NCBI GenBank assembly: GCA_051294905.1
Contig: CM119384.1
Coordinates: 7,626,001-7,690,000, forward strand
Source of the DNA: Botryllus schlosseri
Lineage: Eukaryota
DNA: 64,000 nucleotides
Direction: 5' to 3'
Shown: in pieces, positions 43,801 through 54,000 of the stretch
Numbering within the stretch: the stretch's first letter is position 1
Layout: each line of letters starts with the position of its first letter
Position numbers and translations under genes: made by a program
Notes under the pieces: generated by a model
What the model was told of the DNA's origin: nothing
The model's database searches: none
The model's input: only the letters and a program-made list of their open reading frames with translations

Positions 43801-46800
43801 CTTTCATTTATTTTCATTATAATGCGCACTCGCAGTAACCGTGTGGGGCGCGGAAGGTCAACAGGCGATTAACACCTAATGTTCGTTGTTAAATATAAAG
43901 CAACAACAACTGTTCTGACTGACATCACCTAAAATTTAAATTAGCTTCAAGATCATATCTGACATGCAATTCATTGAGCCAGTTCTGTAGGCCCCCCCTA
44001 AGTTATTGCTTCTATTTATACAATGTACAATGTCAACTCTAATATATTCATGATCATGCTCGGAAAACATACCGAAATCCATTTATATCTACACAGTTCC
44101 GCTGGGACCATCAAATCTTACAGTTTATGAACGCTCCAGTGTATGAGTGGCATAGATCCACCAGCCGACACTACATTTATATGGAAATAGAAGATTTACT
44201 CACTGCTCAAAACTGCTTTCCGTAGTTCCAGGCATGAAAGTGATCTGTACGAAACCGTTGACGATCGTGCAATTTTCTAGGTCTCTCAGGTTTTCCGGGG
44301 TATTTCTAACATCCACCAAAGCGCAAACTGAACACAATAATTTACGTTTCACGAATGCGCAATGTGCGGGCAATGCCCAATGACCATATTGCATACGAGA
44401 TCATTAATATTTTGATTGGAGGATTATTATGCAGTACAGATGAGCACCACTCTGGTTCGAAGCATACCTTTGACCAAGAGTGCCAAGCAATCATCATCTA
44501 TTAAAGATAATTTCATGTAGTGACGTAATATCTCCAAGCCATGTCAAAGCGAAAGTTATTGTAGGATGAGTTTCGACAATTAAGCGAATTTTACTAATAA
44601 AATCAGGTTTACGTACAGCATAAGCCGTAAGGTAGGCTAATCATTAGGGCAAGTTTTTGTTGCAGTTAAATCCGTGGAAAGTTGCATTTATTTTTGAAAA
44701 AAGTTGAAAAGTTGCAGAAGTTGCATTTTGACCACATTTTGCTCGGTTAACTAAAAAAAAGGTCAATTTTCCGGCTCAGCTCCCGAAATACCCGTAAAAG
44801 CGTTACTTCGGTGCTGATTTACGGTGTTTCAGTCGAATTTGGCCGTGTATTTCACCAAAATCGAAAATACTTTCATGAAAAATCGAGAAAGTTGCAAAAA
44901 ATTGCATGGAAAAAATGGACAAAGTTGCAAAAAGTTGCACTATATGATTCCTTGAAACAGCTTAAAACAGCATTCTACATATCTTACGAGTATTTAGGAA
45001 GCTGCCGGTAGCTGTAAAAAAAAGTTGCAAAAGTTGCAAAAAATTGCCCTAGTAATCATATAAAGTGACGTTATACATTGACCACATCTCATATTGGATT
45101 CCATGTTTACAACATCGAGCTACACCGACAACGTCACAATCAACGATACTTTCACGCATTGACGTCACTATATTACTCGCGATTGCTAATTACTAAATTA
45201 GGAGGGTACTACTTTCGGTCCAAATCATTCAGCGATAAAAACACAGCAAAACAGCTTTCGCTGGGTGTATCAGAATTATTTTCGGACAAATGCTGTACGT
45301 AAATATTGGCCGATATGATGAGATATTACTATCAGTGGCGCGGTTTGTGATATTGGCCCTGAAATTTTCCCTGCCGACTTCAAACTTATGACGCGGGTTC
45401 AGATCTATACCAACGCGCAATCGGTTATTGTCTTTACAATACATACATTCCGACATGGGTTCCGTTATTTGAAATTAACACATAGTCTTCCGTTCAACAG
45501 CCGATTACACTTAGCCATTCCCAAGCACATCATCTGTATATAACCGATGGGTGATAGCTTACAGCACGTGCATTATGCATTGTGCACATTAGCAATCCGT
45601 CACTAGCATACCGATTCCAGAAATCAGTCAATCAGTGAGGACACGAAAAATGGTGGAGAGATTTAATTTTATATTTGTATGTAACATATATCCAAAATCG
45701 ATGGATAGTATCCTACCAATATCGCAAAAAAGGCATGACCGCGGGCGAGATGGTGCCCTATCATCATTAACATATTTTCCGTTTAATTTGAAATGTGAGG
45801 CGAATCTTGGGCCTGATTACGGATTTATGAGAAATGAAAATTTTAATTGTTAACCGTGACTGTGAGACGGTGTTTTTTCTTGTTTGAAAGTGCTGCGATC
45901 AGCGCCGGCACGAATCCAAGTAGTGTACGGCCGTATCGGCTTATATCGTTAATTTCCCTGACAATAATTACTGCTTGGCTCAAAATTTGCGTGTTGGCCG
46001 TAACGAGTTTAGAAGTTTAATCCCGACAATTGATAGCTATGAAGGCAGCACGCTATGTTGCATCATTTAACGGGAATACCGAATTACACCGACGGTAATC
46101 ATGCCTTGTCAAAAGCAAAGGCACAGCATACAGCAATACACATTTCTGTCCTCTGACCCCGTGGAATAAATTCGGGTAAAGTATCCCTACCGGGTACCGC
46201 ACATCCTTTGCAATATCGGAAGTCGGGTGGACGGCGTAATGTGTATAAATGGGTTACGGTAGATTGCAAGGAGAAATGTGACATCAAATTTTCAATTGAT
46301 TGAGAAATTCGGAACGTACTTTTCTGCAGCGTGTCGTAGCCTGCAACCCGTTCAAAACCAGATATGTGAGAAAGCTAAGACGACTAATGTAACAAAATTT
46401 GTTAGCAAAACCATAGTCGCAGTTCTTTCAAAATAAACGGAACATTCAAGATCAAGTTCATGGTTTTTAACAGGACGCCGCCCTGCAGAAACTCCAATAA
46501 TACCACTTATAACACGTACAATATCTAAAATGAAGCAGCAAATTTCTCAGAGAATATTAGTTCCTAATATTTGCTGTCGAGTTGCATACATATGTCGTAA
46601 TTAGGGCTGGGCACAATGATTCGAGTACTCGAATCTGAATCGAGCATTAATTTTAATGATTCGAGTCGAGTAGTAAAAGACGATTTTTTCGAGTAATGAA
46701 AATATACGCTTCTCGCCACTGAAAGTTAATTTACTAACGGGAATTATAGTTTTCATACTATTTTCCACCGACGAAGCCTTGAAATCTTGTTTGGCCGTGT

Positions 46801-47680
46801 CGCAGCATACGAGACATTGTTCACAGCTACGAACGTTACTGGAAATAACATATTTCCGAAGTCATGATCATTCCACAACATTGTCACGAAGTGCAATGAA
46901 ATCGGTATGGTCGAAAAAATATCAAAGTATCTTCAATGTAACGGATGCCAGGCGTTATGTTCTTTGTGGTGGCATAAAAGGTACATATTTGATATTTGAC
47001 ATAGTTCATTATGTTGTGACGTCATAATGAGTGATACTCGAATACTCGACTCGACTCGAAGCATAAAACGTGATTCAGAATCGAATCACTCAGGTACTCG
47101 ATTTTGCCCAGCCCTAGTCGTAATTACATTTTACGTTAATGTTACTTTTTGACGGTTCACCGGTCGGAAAAATTGTTTTGAAATTATGCCGGTCCCCGAG
47201 ATAAAAAGACCGAGAACCAATGGTATAAATTGAGCAAAAAACATCGCCGAATGCTAAAATTGCATTACCTGGACCGCGGTAAAACTTCTCTAGTAGCTTC
47301 AAGTACGGATCCTCTTTCGTTGAGTCATTTTCATAATATGGGTATTCATAGCCTCCTCTGTCCACCATAACTTCGGTCGCAAGGTCCGGCTCCGGAACTG
47401 TTGGGAATTCGGCAGGATCGAAATCGTGCGGCACGCCGCCGCCTGCGAGGTGCTTCCTCGAATCAAATATCAACTCATCTTCCCGCTTCCCGTCCGTTTG
47501 TTCTCGTGTATCTACAGATGCGTCGTTTGGATCATCAGAAAAATCCGCAGATGTAGCCGCACAATACGACGCTGCATTGTGAAGGATATAGAGACAGAGT
47601 ATGATAGAAGATAAATTAGTGAACCGTGTCCTCCTTGTCACCGAATTATTCCGCCTTGAATACTGTGACCAGGTAGCCAT
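1095..47680 (-). CDS. INSR: Insulin/IGF-1 receptor-family receptor tyrosine kinase, multi-exon; ectodomain only, 3' part (FnIII-3, TM, kinase) outside the window
   Basis: 18 exons joined by GT-AG introns with consistent phases give SP-L1-CR-L2-FnIII-1-FnIII-2-alphaCT-RKRR in colinear order. INSR vs IGF1R cannot be resolved; probably the invertebrate family member. Confidence 0.96.
1229..1297 (-). CDS. INSR: InsR exon 17 carrying the RKRR|SV furin site
   Basis: [22 protein letters not shown]; phase 2-2, 69 nt; flanking introns 72 and 66 nt. Confidence 0.8.
1370..1476 (-). CDS. INSR: InsR exon 16, insert-domain cysteines plus alphaCT
   Basis: NCECP...[15 protein letters not shown] resembles human CCSCP...KTFEDYLHNVVF; phase 0-2. 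Confidence 0.9.
1541..1617 (-). CDS. INSR: InsR exon 15, insert domain (Thr-rich)
   Basis: [26 protein letters not shown]; ttttacag| and |gttaga; the only candidate I found that bridges phase 1 to phase 0. Confidence 0.75.
3114..3284 (-). CDS. INSR: InsR exon 14, FnIII-2
   Basis: [38 protein letters not shown]...VDTCER; phase 1-1. Confidence 0.95.
3608..4770. mobile_element. hAT-type non-autonomous element containing a nested MITE (3775-4075)
   Basis: Perfect 16-bp TIR CAGGGGTGGGCAAACT; perfect 8-bp TSD TTCTAATC; nested element with CWGTGGTTCTCA-type ends. Confidence 0.92.
5110..5306 (-). CDS. INSR: InsR exon 13, FnIII-1 end
   Basis: SGWEIKD...[18 protein letters not shown]...[14 protein letters not shown]; phase 2-1. 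Confidence 0.93.
5886..5939 (-). CDS. INSR: InsR exon 12, 54-nt mini-exon with the putative dimer Cys
   Basis: [17 protein letters not shown] aligns to human PYQNVTEFDGQDACGSN; acceptor ttccatcgcag; weak donor GTTTGT; phase 2-2. Confidence 0.8.
6586..6730 (-). CDS. INSR: InsR exon 11, FnIII-1
   Basis: [12 protein letters not shown]...[24 protein letters not shown]; phase 1-2. Confidence 0.93.
7408..7622 (-). CDS. INSR: InsR exon 10, L2 end
   Basis: [16 protein letters not shown]...[14 protein letters not shown]...TNGDRGTC; phase 2-1. Confidence 0.95.
7970..8632. mobile_element. Palindromic hAT-type MITE (TAGGGCTCTTCAAAAAT ends)
   Basis: About 300-bp inverted arms; perfect 8-bp TSD TTGTACAT. 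Confidence 0.92.
8994..9377. mobile_element. MITE with CACTGTAAAC ends; related fragments at about 7677-7830 and 58540-58790
   Basis: TIR cactgtaaac/gtttacagtg; imperfect inner inverted arms; TSD unclear. Confidence 0.6.
9690..9831 (-). CDS. INSR: InsR exon 9, L2
   Basis: [42 protein letters not shown]; donor gtaagt; phase 1-2. Confidence 0.95.
10019..10435. mobile_element. hAT-type MITE (TAGGGTYGCATTTAAAAC ends)
   Basis: TIRs; degenerate TSD tctggaag/tttgggag; same family as 21347-21759. Confidence 0.85.
10759..10863 (-). CDS. INSR: InsR exon 8, L2 start
   Basis: [36 protein letters not shown]; phase 1-1. Confidence 0.92.
11345..11442 (+). mobile_element. 3' tail resembling an L2/CR1-type LINE or a SINE partner
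   Basis: tgtacagcgccctag...ggcgctctataaat followed by (ATT)n tail. Confidence 0.45.
11769..12060 (-). mobile_element. Same tRNA-SINE family, full length
   Basis: Reverse complement matches 753-1045 including B box and AAC tail. Confidence 0.85.
12170..12362 (-). CDS. INSR: InsR exon 7, CR (absent from ORF track)
   Basis: [64 protein letters not shown]; phase 0-1. Confidence 0.92.
12854..13796. mobile_element. piggyBac-type non-autonomous element
   Basis: TTAA TSD on both sides; 15-bp TIR CCCTTACGAGGTGGG. Confidence 0.88.
14540..14709 (-). CDS. INSR: InsR exon 6, CR
   Basis: [25 protein letters not shown]...[11 protein letters not shown]; phase 1-0. Confidence 0.95.
15298..16485. mobile_element. 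Older hAT-like element (CAGTG ends, GACTC/GAGTC subterminal repeats) hosting a nested MITE
   Basis: cagtgtcggg... / ...ctccagcactg; degenerate TSD. Confidence 0.55.
15863..16286. mobile_element. hAT-type MITE
   Basis: TIR TAGGGCGATTTTT; TSD GTGATGAC/GTGATGGC. Confidence 0.88.
17710..17818 (+). mobile_element. tRNA-SINE 3' fragment
   Basis: gggccgtgctacatatcggcaga...aacaccataaataccaaaacaacaac. Confidence 0.75.
19454..19942. mobile_element. hAT-type MITE (CAGGGGCGGGCAAC ends), same family as 31942-32606
   Basis: TIRs; TSD ctataggc/ccataagc. Confidence 0.8.
21312..22015 (+). mobile_element. tRNA-SINE split by a MITE insertion
   Basis: A box at about 21330-21340; SINE resumes at 21760 with B-box region and tail. 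Confidence 0.85.
21347..21759. mobile_element. hAT-type MITE inserted in a SINE head
   Basis: TIR tagggttgcatttaaaaca / tgttttaaaagcaatccta; TSD GGTATAAT/GGTTTAAT. Confidence 0.9.
22085..22240 (-). mobile_element. Diverged 5' part of tRNA-SINE
   Basis: gataaacctccaacact and acgctatctcgcc match the SINE reverse complement. Confidence 0.65.
22770..22803. repeat. (GT)n microsatellite; another at about 9540-9560
   Basis: Direct reading. Confidence 0.95.
26179..26314 (-). CDS. INSR: InsR exon 5, start of furin-like cysteine-rich region
   Basis: SDKVISDN...CLDQC...[11 protein letters not shown]; tttcag| and |gtgagt; phase 0-1. Confidence 0.93.
28214..29062 (+). mobile_element. hAT-type MITE (TAGGGATGGT ends, GTGAAC/GTTCAC subterminal repeats)
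   Basis: Perfect 8-bp TSD CTGGTTAC. Confidence 0.92.
30781..33172. mobile_element. Two further copies of the 28214 family, tail-to-tail; the reverse copy is interrupted by a MITE
   Basis: Forward copy 30781 to about 31545; reverse copy about 31550-33172. Confidence 0.8.
31942..32606. mobile_element. hAT-type MITE containing a SINE 3' fragment (about 32190-32325, minus strand)
   Basis: TIR CAGGGGCGGGCAAC; TSD ATATAAAG/CTATAAAG. Confidence 0.88.
34691..35308. mobile_element. Palindromic hAT-type MITE (TAGGGCTGTTCAAAAAT ends)
   Basis: Perfect 8-bp TSD CTGTACAG; about 290-bp inverted arms. Confidence 0.92.
35317..35727. mobile_element. Right-truncated copy of the 7970-8632 MITE
   Basis: High similarity to 7970-8390; starts directly after the TSD of the previous element. 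Confidence 0.88.
38090..38197 (-). CDS. INSR: InsR exon 4, L1 end
   Basis: [36 protein letters not shown]; donor gtaaga; phase 0-0. Confidence 0.95.
39192..39595. mobile_element. hAT-type MITE (TAGGGTTACCATA ends); partial copy near 17090
   Basis: TSD GGTTATTA/GGTTATGA. Confidence 0.88.
41790..41912 (+). mobile_element. tRNA-SINE 3' fragment
   Basis: agtggccgtgcgacaagtcggcag...aaacaccacgcataccacaaacaac. Confidence 0.6.
42144..42309 (-). CDS. INSR: InsR exon 3, L1
   Basis: [36 protein letters not shown]; phase 2-0. Confidence 0.96.
44204..44327 (-). CDS. INSR: InsR exon 2, L1 start
   Basis: [31 protein letters not shown]; ttcag| and |gtgagt; phase 1-2. Confidence 0.95.
44645..45051. mobile_element. 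hAT-type MITE with AAGTTGCA subterminal repeats
   Basis: TIR TAGGGCAA; TSD CTAATCAT/GTAATCAT. Confidence 0.88.
46602..47116 (+). mobile_element. hAT-type MITE with CTCGA/TCGAG subterminal repeats
   Basis: TIR TAGGGCTGGGCA; perfect TSD GTCGTAAT. Confidence 0.92.
47269..47680 (-). CDS. INSR: InsR coding exon 1 (signal peptide plus acidic extension)
   Basis: GCCAAGATGG start context; hydrophobic [20 protein letters not shown]; donor CAG|GTAATG phase 1; 412 nt; upstream acceptor ttgctatttcag at 47805-47806. Confidence 0.8.
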
Positions 47681-47804
47681 CTTGGCGATATTTCGCAATC
47701 ACTTCGCTTAATAACTGTCCGGCCGCCGTATGCGAGCTCAAATCGATCGTACGGCGCATTCAATTGCACATGTCGCTCCGTGCATCTATTTTAGGTAAGC
47801 GTCA

Positions 47805-50800
47805 CTGAAATAGCAAACCAGAACAGAATGATACGTTTTCACTGCTGCAGAGTCTTGTGGACACGTTGGTGGTTTGCATTCAAATGTAATCCTCAATTAT
47901 GACATATTTATCAAATAATTCTAAACGAAACTTAACTAATTCCATATAGGAATCATATTAGTCATGGTTAAGCTACCACCATCGACGACGAATTCGGACA
48001 ATCTTGAAACATGAAAGCATGCCACTTTGTCAGTTGTTACCTATAGGACGAGGCTCAATGATTGAAGTTTGATACCTGAACCCACGGCGGTAAGTCAAAT
48101 CGGGTTGCCGCAAATGCTATCAACGTTCATATCGACCCGACTGCTGGTCTGTGTACTCCCAGATATCTGAATATCTTACGCGTGTAACCAGACAAAGCCA
48201 AGCGCGTTGAATATGGAGGTGTCGCATTCTTGAATGCGGTATGAATTACCAGCCGGCAGCTGTATTCAAATGATAGCAAGATAACGCATCGAAACTAGGA
48301 CTTTACCAATTTTCATTTCTCAAGCCGATAGTGGTGACCATGATGTTCCCACGCTGTCAAAATGACACCACGACAGGCTTACACCTATAACTGCGAAGGC
48401 ACTGGCATTCTCATTAACAGCAGCGAGTAATGAAGCATGAAGCAATACTACGGCCAATTTATCCGCATCCACATCTGCTGTCGATATGTTGAATGACCGA
48501 AAGTGCAACCACAATGCCCCAGAACTTATCGTTACCGAATATTTTGCAACGTGCTGACTTGAAGTCACAATCTCATTATAGATCCCCACACCAGAATATG
48601 TCTTACTGCTTGTTCAAACATTCCCTCGGGCAATAAACTCAACATCACGGAAGATCGACATTTCATCTTGGCAAAGCTCTGAAAGTTAAATACAGGCTTC
48701 TCCACAGTGTCTAATTAGCTCAACATCTAGGCCGCCTTCAAAGCATTTGATCAATTGGTGATATATTGTCGAACTTGCCAAACTCCAATAATCAGAGACG
48801 GCGATAAAAACAAGCGATGAAGGCGCCACTAAACACTTCGATTCCAATTGAGGGAAAGAAGTATCAATTACCCTGACTTGGGAGACGAACAACACATGAT
48901 CTCCAACTAACGCTTTGGTACTCAATTTGAATATTGCTATGAACTCGTATTTATGCCAACGAAGACAGATCCCGGCGACAATGACAATATCGAGTGACAA
49001 TACGGCAATGACAACAGCTATCTATATTACTAAAATTATATTTCGCATGTTTGATGAATTTTCATCAACTCTCTCGATGTTTTCATTATAATTATTATCT
49101 GATGTGGACTGATCTATACATTCAAGTTTAACGCCAAGAAAAGAGCCTGTAGCTTTGACTGATTGGAAAATGCAGAGTTTAACTGTTGCCAACGGTCATT
49201 CTCCCAAGCTGTTGGGCACACGACTAATCTGTTGATGAGAATTCATTGTGATTTGCTAGCTCTTATCATTGAACTTCCCGCATCCGCTCGCGAATCTCTG
49301 TAACTCGCTGGTTTCACATAATCAATATTTTCATCAGGTATATCGATTACAAAACATTCTCTCGAATTGTAGTAAACAATTCGCTCGCCCGCCGGTGGAG
49401 TCGTTCGAGGTCCGACATGTTTTGATCGGGTCACAGCCGTTCAAGCAGAGAGTGTACTCATGCATAACGAAGATGGGAATGCTACAACATCTTAGGCACG
49501 CTGCTGTGTTAAGTGGAGGCATCCACGAGCGTAGCCAGGACAACATCTTAGGCACGCTGCTGTGTTAAGTGGTGGCATCCACGAGCGTAGCCAGGGGGAG
49601 GGCGAGAGGTGGCAATGCCTTCTCCAATATTTCGACTTGGGCTTTATGACGTCATTCTTTTCACTACGCCGCAATGGATTACCAAAACTCCACCCAGCCC
49701 ACCCCGAAATTTCCATCCTGGCTGCGCCTAAGTCTTTATCTATCGAATTTCGTGGTCGGCCACTCGTTAAATTTTCATAATACGAAATAAATTCACCAAC
49801 CTGTCTCGATTTTCATTAAAATTCACATATCGCAATAGGCCGTGGGTAATGTAGCGACGTAGTATCACCCTACGTATGACAACAATTGCAATGATTCATA
49901 GCATCGCATTGCTGACCCTCCTATGATGTGGTGACACCAGCGTGTCGCGACGAAATCAAACTAAGCATGAGCACGGATAAACGGCGGGAGAAACTGTTAG
50001 CTAGCCGCGTTAATCAGTACCCAAGAAGTAGCTCTTGGTTTCAAAAAGGTTGGTGACCCCTGTTATAGAGGATGTCAAATAAGTCAAGACGCTCATCTAT
50101 TGTTGGCATCTGATCTCTGGCGCGAGCTTTCTAGCGGTAGGCAGAAGCGCAGGTGAGAATAGATGATGAATTGATGATCGTCGTCGTCGTGGAAGAAAAT
50201 AAATGACATATCGGAGATATAATGTGTCCCTCCACCGGAAAATGTCCCGGGGTCAAGCTTAAGCTGAATATCTCGACCTTTCGAATGATGTGATAGCTAA
50301 ATTTTTATTATTTGATATATTCAAATTGTTTAGTGGCAGGAAATGGTTTCACAATCGTAAATTCTCCAAATTCACAGTTTTTCAATGTGATTTTTCGATA
50401 TATTAGAGATAAAATATAATAAAAGATATCCAATTTATTAGATGCTGAAGAATATAACCAGTGCTCACATCGGGACGATTTAATATTTTCATCATAGCCG
50501 TTGCAAATGCTATGATTTCAATTTTCAATGGCCTTAAAACTCATTAGCGACACCTATATCCGGAAAATAGTTCTGTTGTTTCAATAACCGCTTGAATCAC
50601 GACAAAACATCTCTTCACACTCCGATTACTTGGAGCTAGAAGCGAAATTTGTCGTTTAGAAGATAAGCGATGGTTTTATTAGATTAATCTTGCCGTACTA
50701 TCGTTACTCAAGTAAGTAGGGAAAATAGGACGGACGGAATATAACAGCGGCCGGCAATTGAACATGCGTATACTCATTTAAACAATATATTTTAGTAACA

Positions 50801-50892
50801 GGTATATTTCTGTTTTTAAATAGGGTTTTAGAAGTTTCTGTTTTGCATTATAGTTCTGTATTTAAACCTGGAAGAATACTGTTGCCGTGCAG
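47805..50892. promoter_or_regulatory. Divergent intergenic / 5'UTR region shared by InsR and TRAF3IP1
   Basis: Start codons face away from each other, about 3.2 kb apart; both ATG exons have upstream acceptors; TSSs not locatable from sequence. Confidence 0.55.
49484..49595. repeat. 56-bp tandem duplication
   Basis: acaacatcttaggcacgctgctgtgttaagtggWggcatccacgagcgtagccagg twice. Confidence 0.9.
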
Positions 50893-51015
50893 ATGTCTGA
50901 TGATTTCCAGCGGAAAACTCGAGATACCCTCGGGAAAATTATCAAAAAACCACCTCTGACTGAAAAACTCCTTACAAAGCCACCTTTCAGATTTCTTCAT
51001 GACATTACGACAGAG
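50893..51015 (+). CDS. TRAF3IP1: TRAF3IP1 coding exon 1
   Basis: [41 protein letters not shown]; 123 nt; donor gttagt; ATG directly follows an AG acceptor, with a candidate 5'UTR donor CAA|GTAAGT at 50712. Confidence 0.95.
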
Positions 51016-54000
51016 GTTAGTTCATAACTTATTCTATTTGAACACAAGTATACTGGTATACGGTGGTACCTTATCGTCAGCCACATGTCTTACCATACGT
51101 ACTACGTACCCGTATTTTCGAACATGTTTCTTCATTTTTTACTATCTGTTGAGCAGCGTTGGCCAAGGTGACTGTTTGATATAGTGATAGATAGATCACA
51201 CATCACACAACATGACAACCGAGCAGAAGTTGGCCTACAAATTCTCAGCCTACAAATTACCAAACGTTACCAACGGGTTAGTCACCACAAAGGCCATGGC
51301 AGCTACATTACAGCCACAAATATATTCGATAAATACTATCATTATGATCAGCTAAATATATTTATTTGATTGATCTCGACACGGAATAATTTATAACGCC
51401 CTGCAGTATGCCACATCACAGGCCCAGCTCAATAACCAGAATTGCAAAATGTGGCCGCTATACTGCTATCCTGGTTCGCATATAGGGAATTACTTCCAGT
51501 CAGGATGCAATCCTTGAAGCGTGCCACTTTTTTTAACGTCATAAGCTTATATCGTTCAATTAGACAAATCCTAGAAGCACTTAATATTTGATCAAACAAT
51601 CCTGGATGATGTCGAAATTAGAAGATGAATGTCCCCGTTTATAGAGAATCCTCATACAATGGGGATGCAGGATGGATACAATCCTTGTGACGCGCAACTT
51701 TTCAACGTTACAAGGTTATATAACACCAATAGGCCAACACTAGAAACACTTTATGGTGGATGAAACGATCCCGGGTGATGTCCAAATTACAAGATGAATA
51801 CCCCCGTATATAGAGAATCCTTCCAAAATAGGGATGCGGGATGGATACAATCCAGGAGACGCGCAACTTTTCAACGTTACAAAGTTGTATAACAGCACTA
51901 GGCGAATACTAGAAACACTATATGGTGGATGAAACGATCCCGAGCGATGTCCAAATTACAAGATGAATATCCCCGTATATAGAGAATCCTTCTAAAATAA
52001 GGATGCAGGATGAATACAATCCTTGAGACGCGCAACTTTTCAACGTCACAAGGTTATATAACAACACTAGGCCAATACTAGAAACACTATATGGTGGATG
52101 AAACGATCCCGGGCGGTGTCCGAATTACAAGATGAATGTCCCCGTATATAGAGAATCCTTCTAAAATAAGGATGCAGGATGAATACAATCCTTGAGACGC
52201 GCAACTTTTCAACGTCACAAGGTTGTATAACAGCACTAGGTCAATACTAGAAACACTTTATGGTGGATGAAACGATCCCGGGCGATGTCCGAATTACAAG
52301 ATGAATACCCCCGTATATAGAGAATCCTTCCAAAATAGGGAGGCAGGATGGATACAATCCTTGAGACGCGCAACTCTTCAACGTTACAAGGTCATATAGC
52401 AGCACTAGGGCAATACTAGAAACACTGTATGGTGGATGAAACGATCCCGGGCGATGTCCAAATTACGAGATGAATATCCCCGTATATAGAGAATCCTTCT
52501 AAAACAAGGATGCAGGATGAATACAATCCTTGAGACGCGCAACTTTTCAACGTCACAAGGTTATATAATAACACTAGGCCAATACTAGAAACACTATATG
52601 GTGGATGAAACGATCCCGGGCGGTGTCCAAATTACAAGATGAATATCCCCGTATATAGAGAATCCTTCTAAAATAAGGATGCAGGATGAATACAATCCTT
52701 GAGACGCGCAACTTTTCAACGTCACAAGGTTATATAACAACACTAGGCCAATACTAGAAACACTGTATGGTGGATGAAACGATCCCGGGCGATGTCCAAA
52801 TTACAAGATGAATACCCCCGTATTTAGAGAATCCTTCCAAAATAGGGATGCAGGATGGATACAATCCAGGAGACGCGCATTTTTTCAACGTCACAAGGTT
52901 ATACAACAACACTAGGCCAATACTAGAAACACTTTATGGTGGATGAAACGATCCCGGGTGATGTCCAAATTACAAGATGAATACCCCCGTATATAGAGAA
53001 TCCTTCCAAAATAGGGAGGCAGGATGGATACAATCCAGGAGACGCGCAACTTTTCAACGTTACAAAGTTGTATAACAGCACCACATAGTGTTTCTAGTAT
53101 TGGCCTAGTGTTGTTATATAACCTTGTGACGTTGAAAAGTTGCGCGTCTCAAGGATTGTATTCATCCTGCATCCTTATTTTAGAAGGATTCTCTACATAC
53201 AGGGATATTCATCTTGTAATTTGGACATCGCTCGGGATCGTTTCATCCACCATATATTGTTTCTAGTATTAGCCTAGTGTTGTTGTATAACCTTGTGACG
53301 TTGAAAGGTTGCGCGTCTCCTGGATTGTATCCATCCTGCATCCCTATTTTGGAAGGATTCTCTAAATACGGGGGTATTCATCTTGTAATTTGGACATCGC
53401 CCGGGATCGTTTCATCCACCATACAGTGTTTCTAGTATTGCCCTAATGCTGCTATATGACCTTGTAACGTTGAAAAGTTGCGGGTCTCAAGGATTGTATT
53501 CATCCTGCATCCTTATTTTAGAAGGATTCTCTATATACGGGGATATTCATCTTGTAATTTGGACACCGCCCGGGATCGTTTCATCCACCATATAGTGTTT
53601 CTAGTATTGGCCTAGTGTTGTTATATAACCTTGTGACGTTGAAAAGTTGCGCGTCTCAAGGATTGTATTCATCCTGCATCCTTATTTTAGAAGGATTCTC
53701 TATATACGGGGATATTCATCTTGTAATTTGGACATCGCCCGGGATCGTTTCATCCACCATACAGTGTTTCTAGTATTGTCCTAGTGCGGCTATATGACCT
53801 CGTAACGTTGAAGAGTTGCGCGTCTCAAGGATTGTATCCATCCTGCCTCCCTATTTTGCAAGGATTCTCTATATACGGGGGTATTCATCTTGTAATTCGG
53901 ACATCGCCCGGGATCGTTTCATCCACCATAAAGTGTTTCTAGTATTGACCTAGTGCTGTTATACAACCTTGTGACGGTGAAAAGTTGCGCGTCTCAAGGA

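Noticed and set aside
1095-47680. Two tandem receptor paralogues
   Set aside because: Each domain occurs once and all exons join in phase into a single ORF
48320-49000. Minus-strand ORFs in the intergenic region
   Set aside because: No motif or homology recognised
49372-49379. FOXO site GTAAACAA upstream of InsR
   Set aside because: Single 8-mer in AT-rich DNA, expected by chance
50600-50892. RFX X-box expected for a ciliary gene
   Set aside because: Only a half-site (GTTGCC at 50881) is visible; no full palindrome
50887-50892. Trans-splice acceptor before the TRAF3IP1 ATG
   Set aside because: A canonical cis donor (CAA|GTAAGT, 50712) lies 181 bp upstream and explains the acceptor
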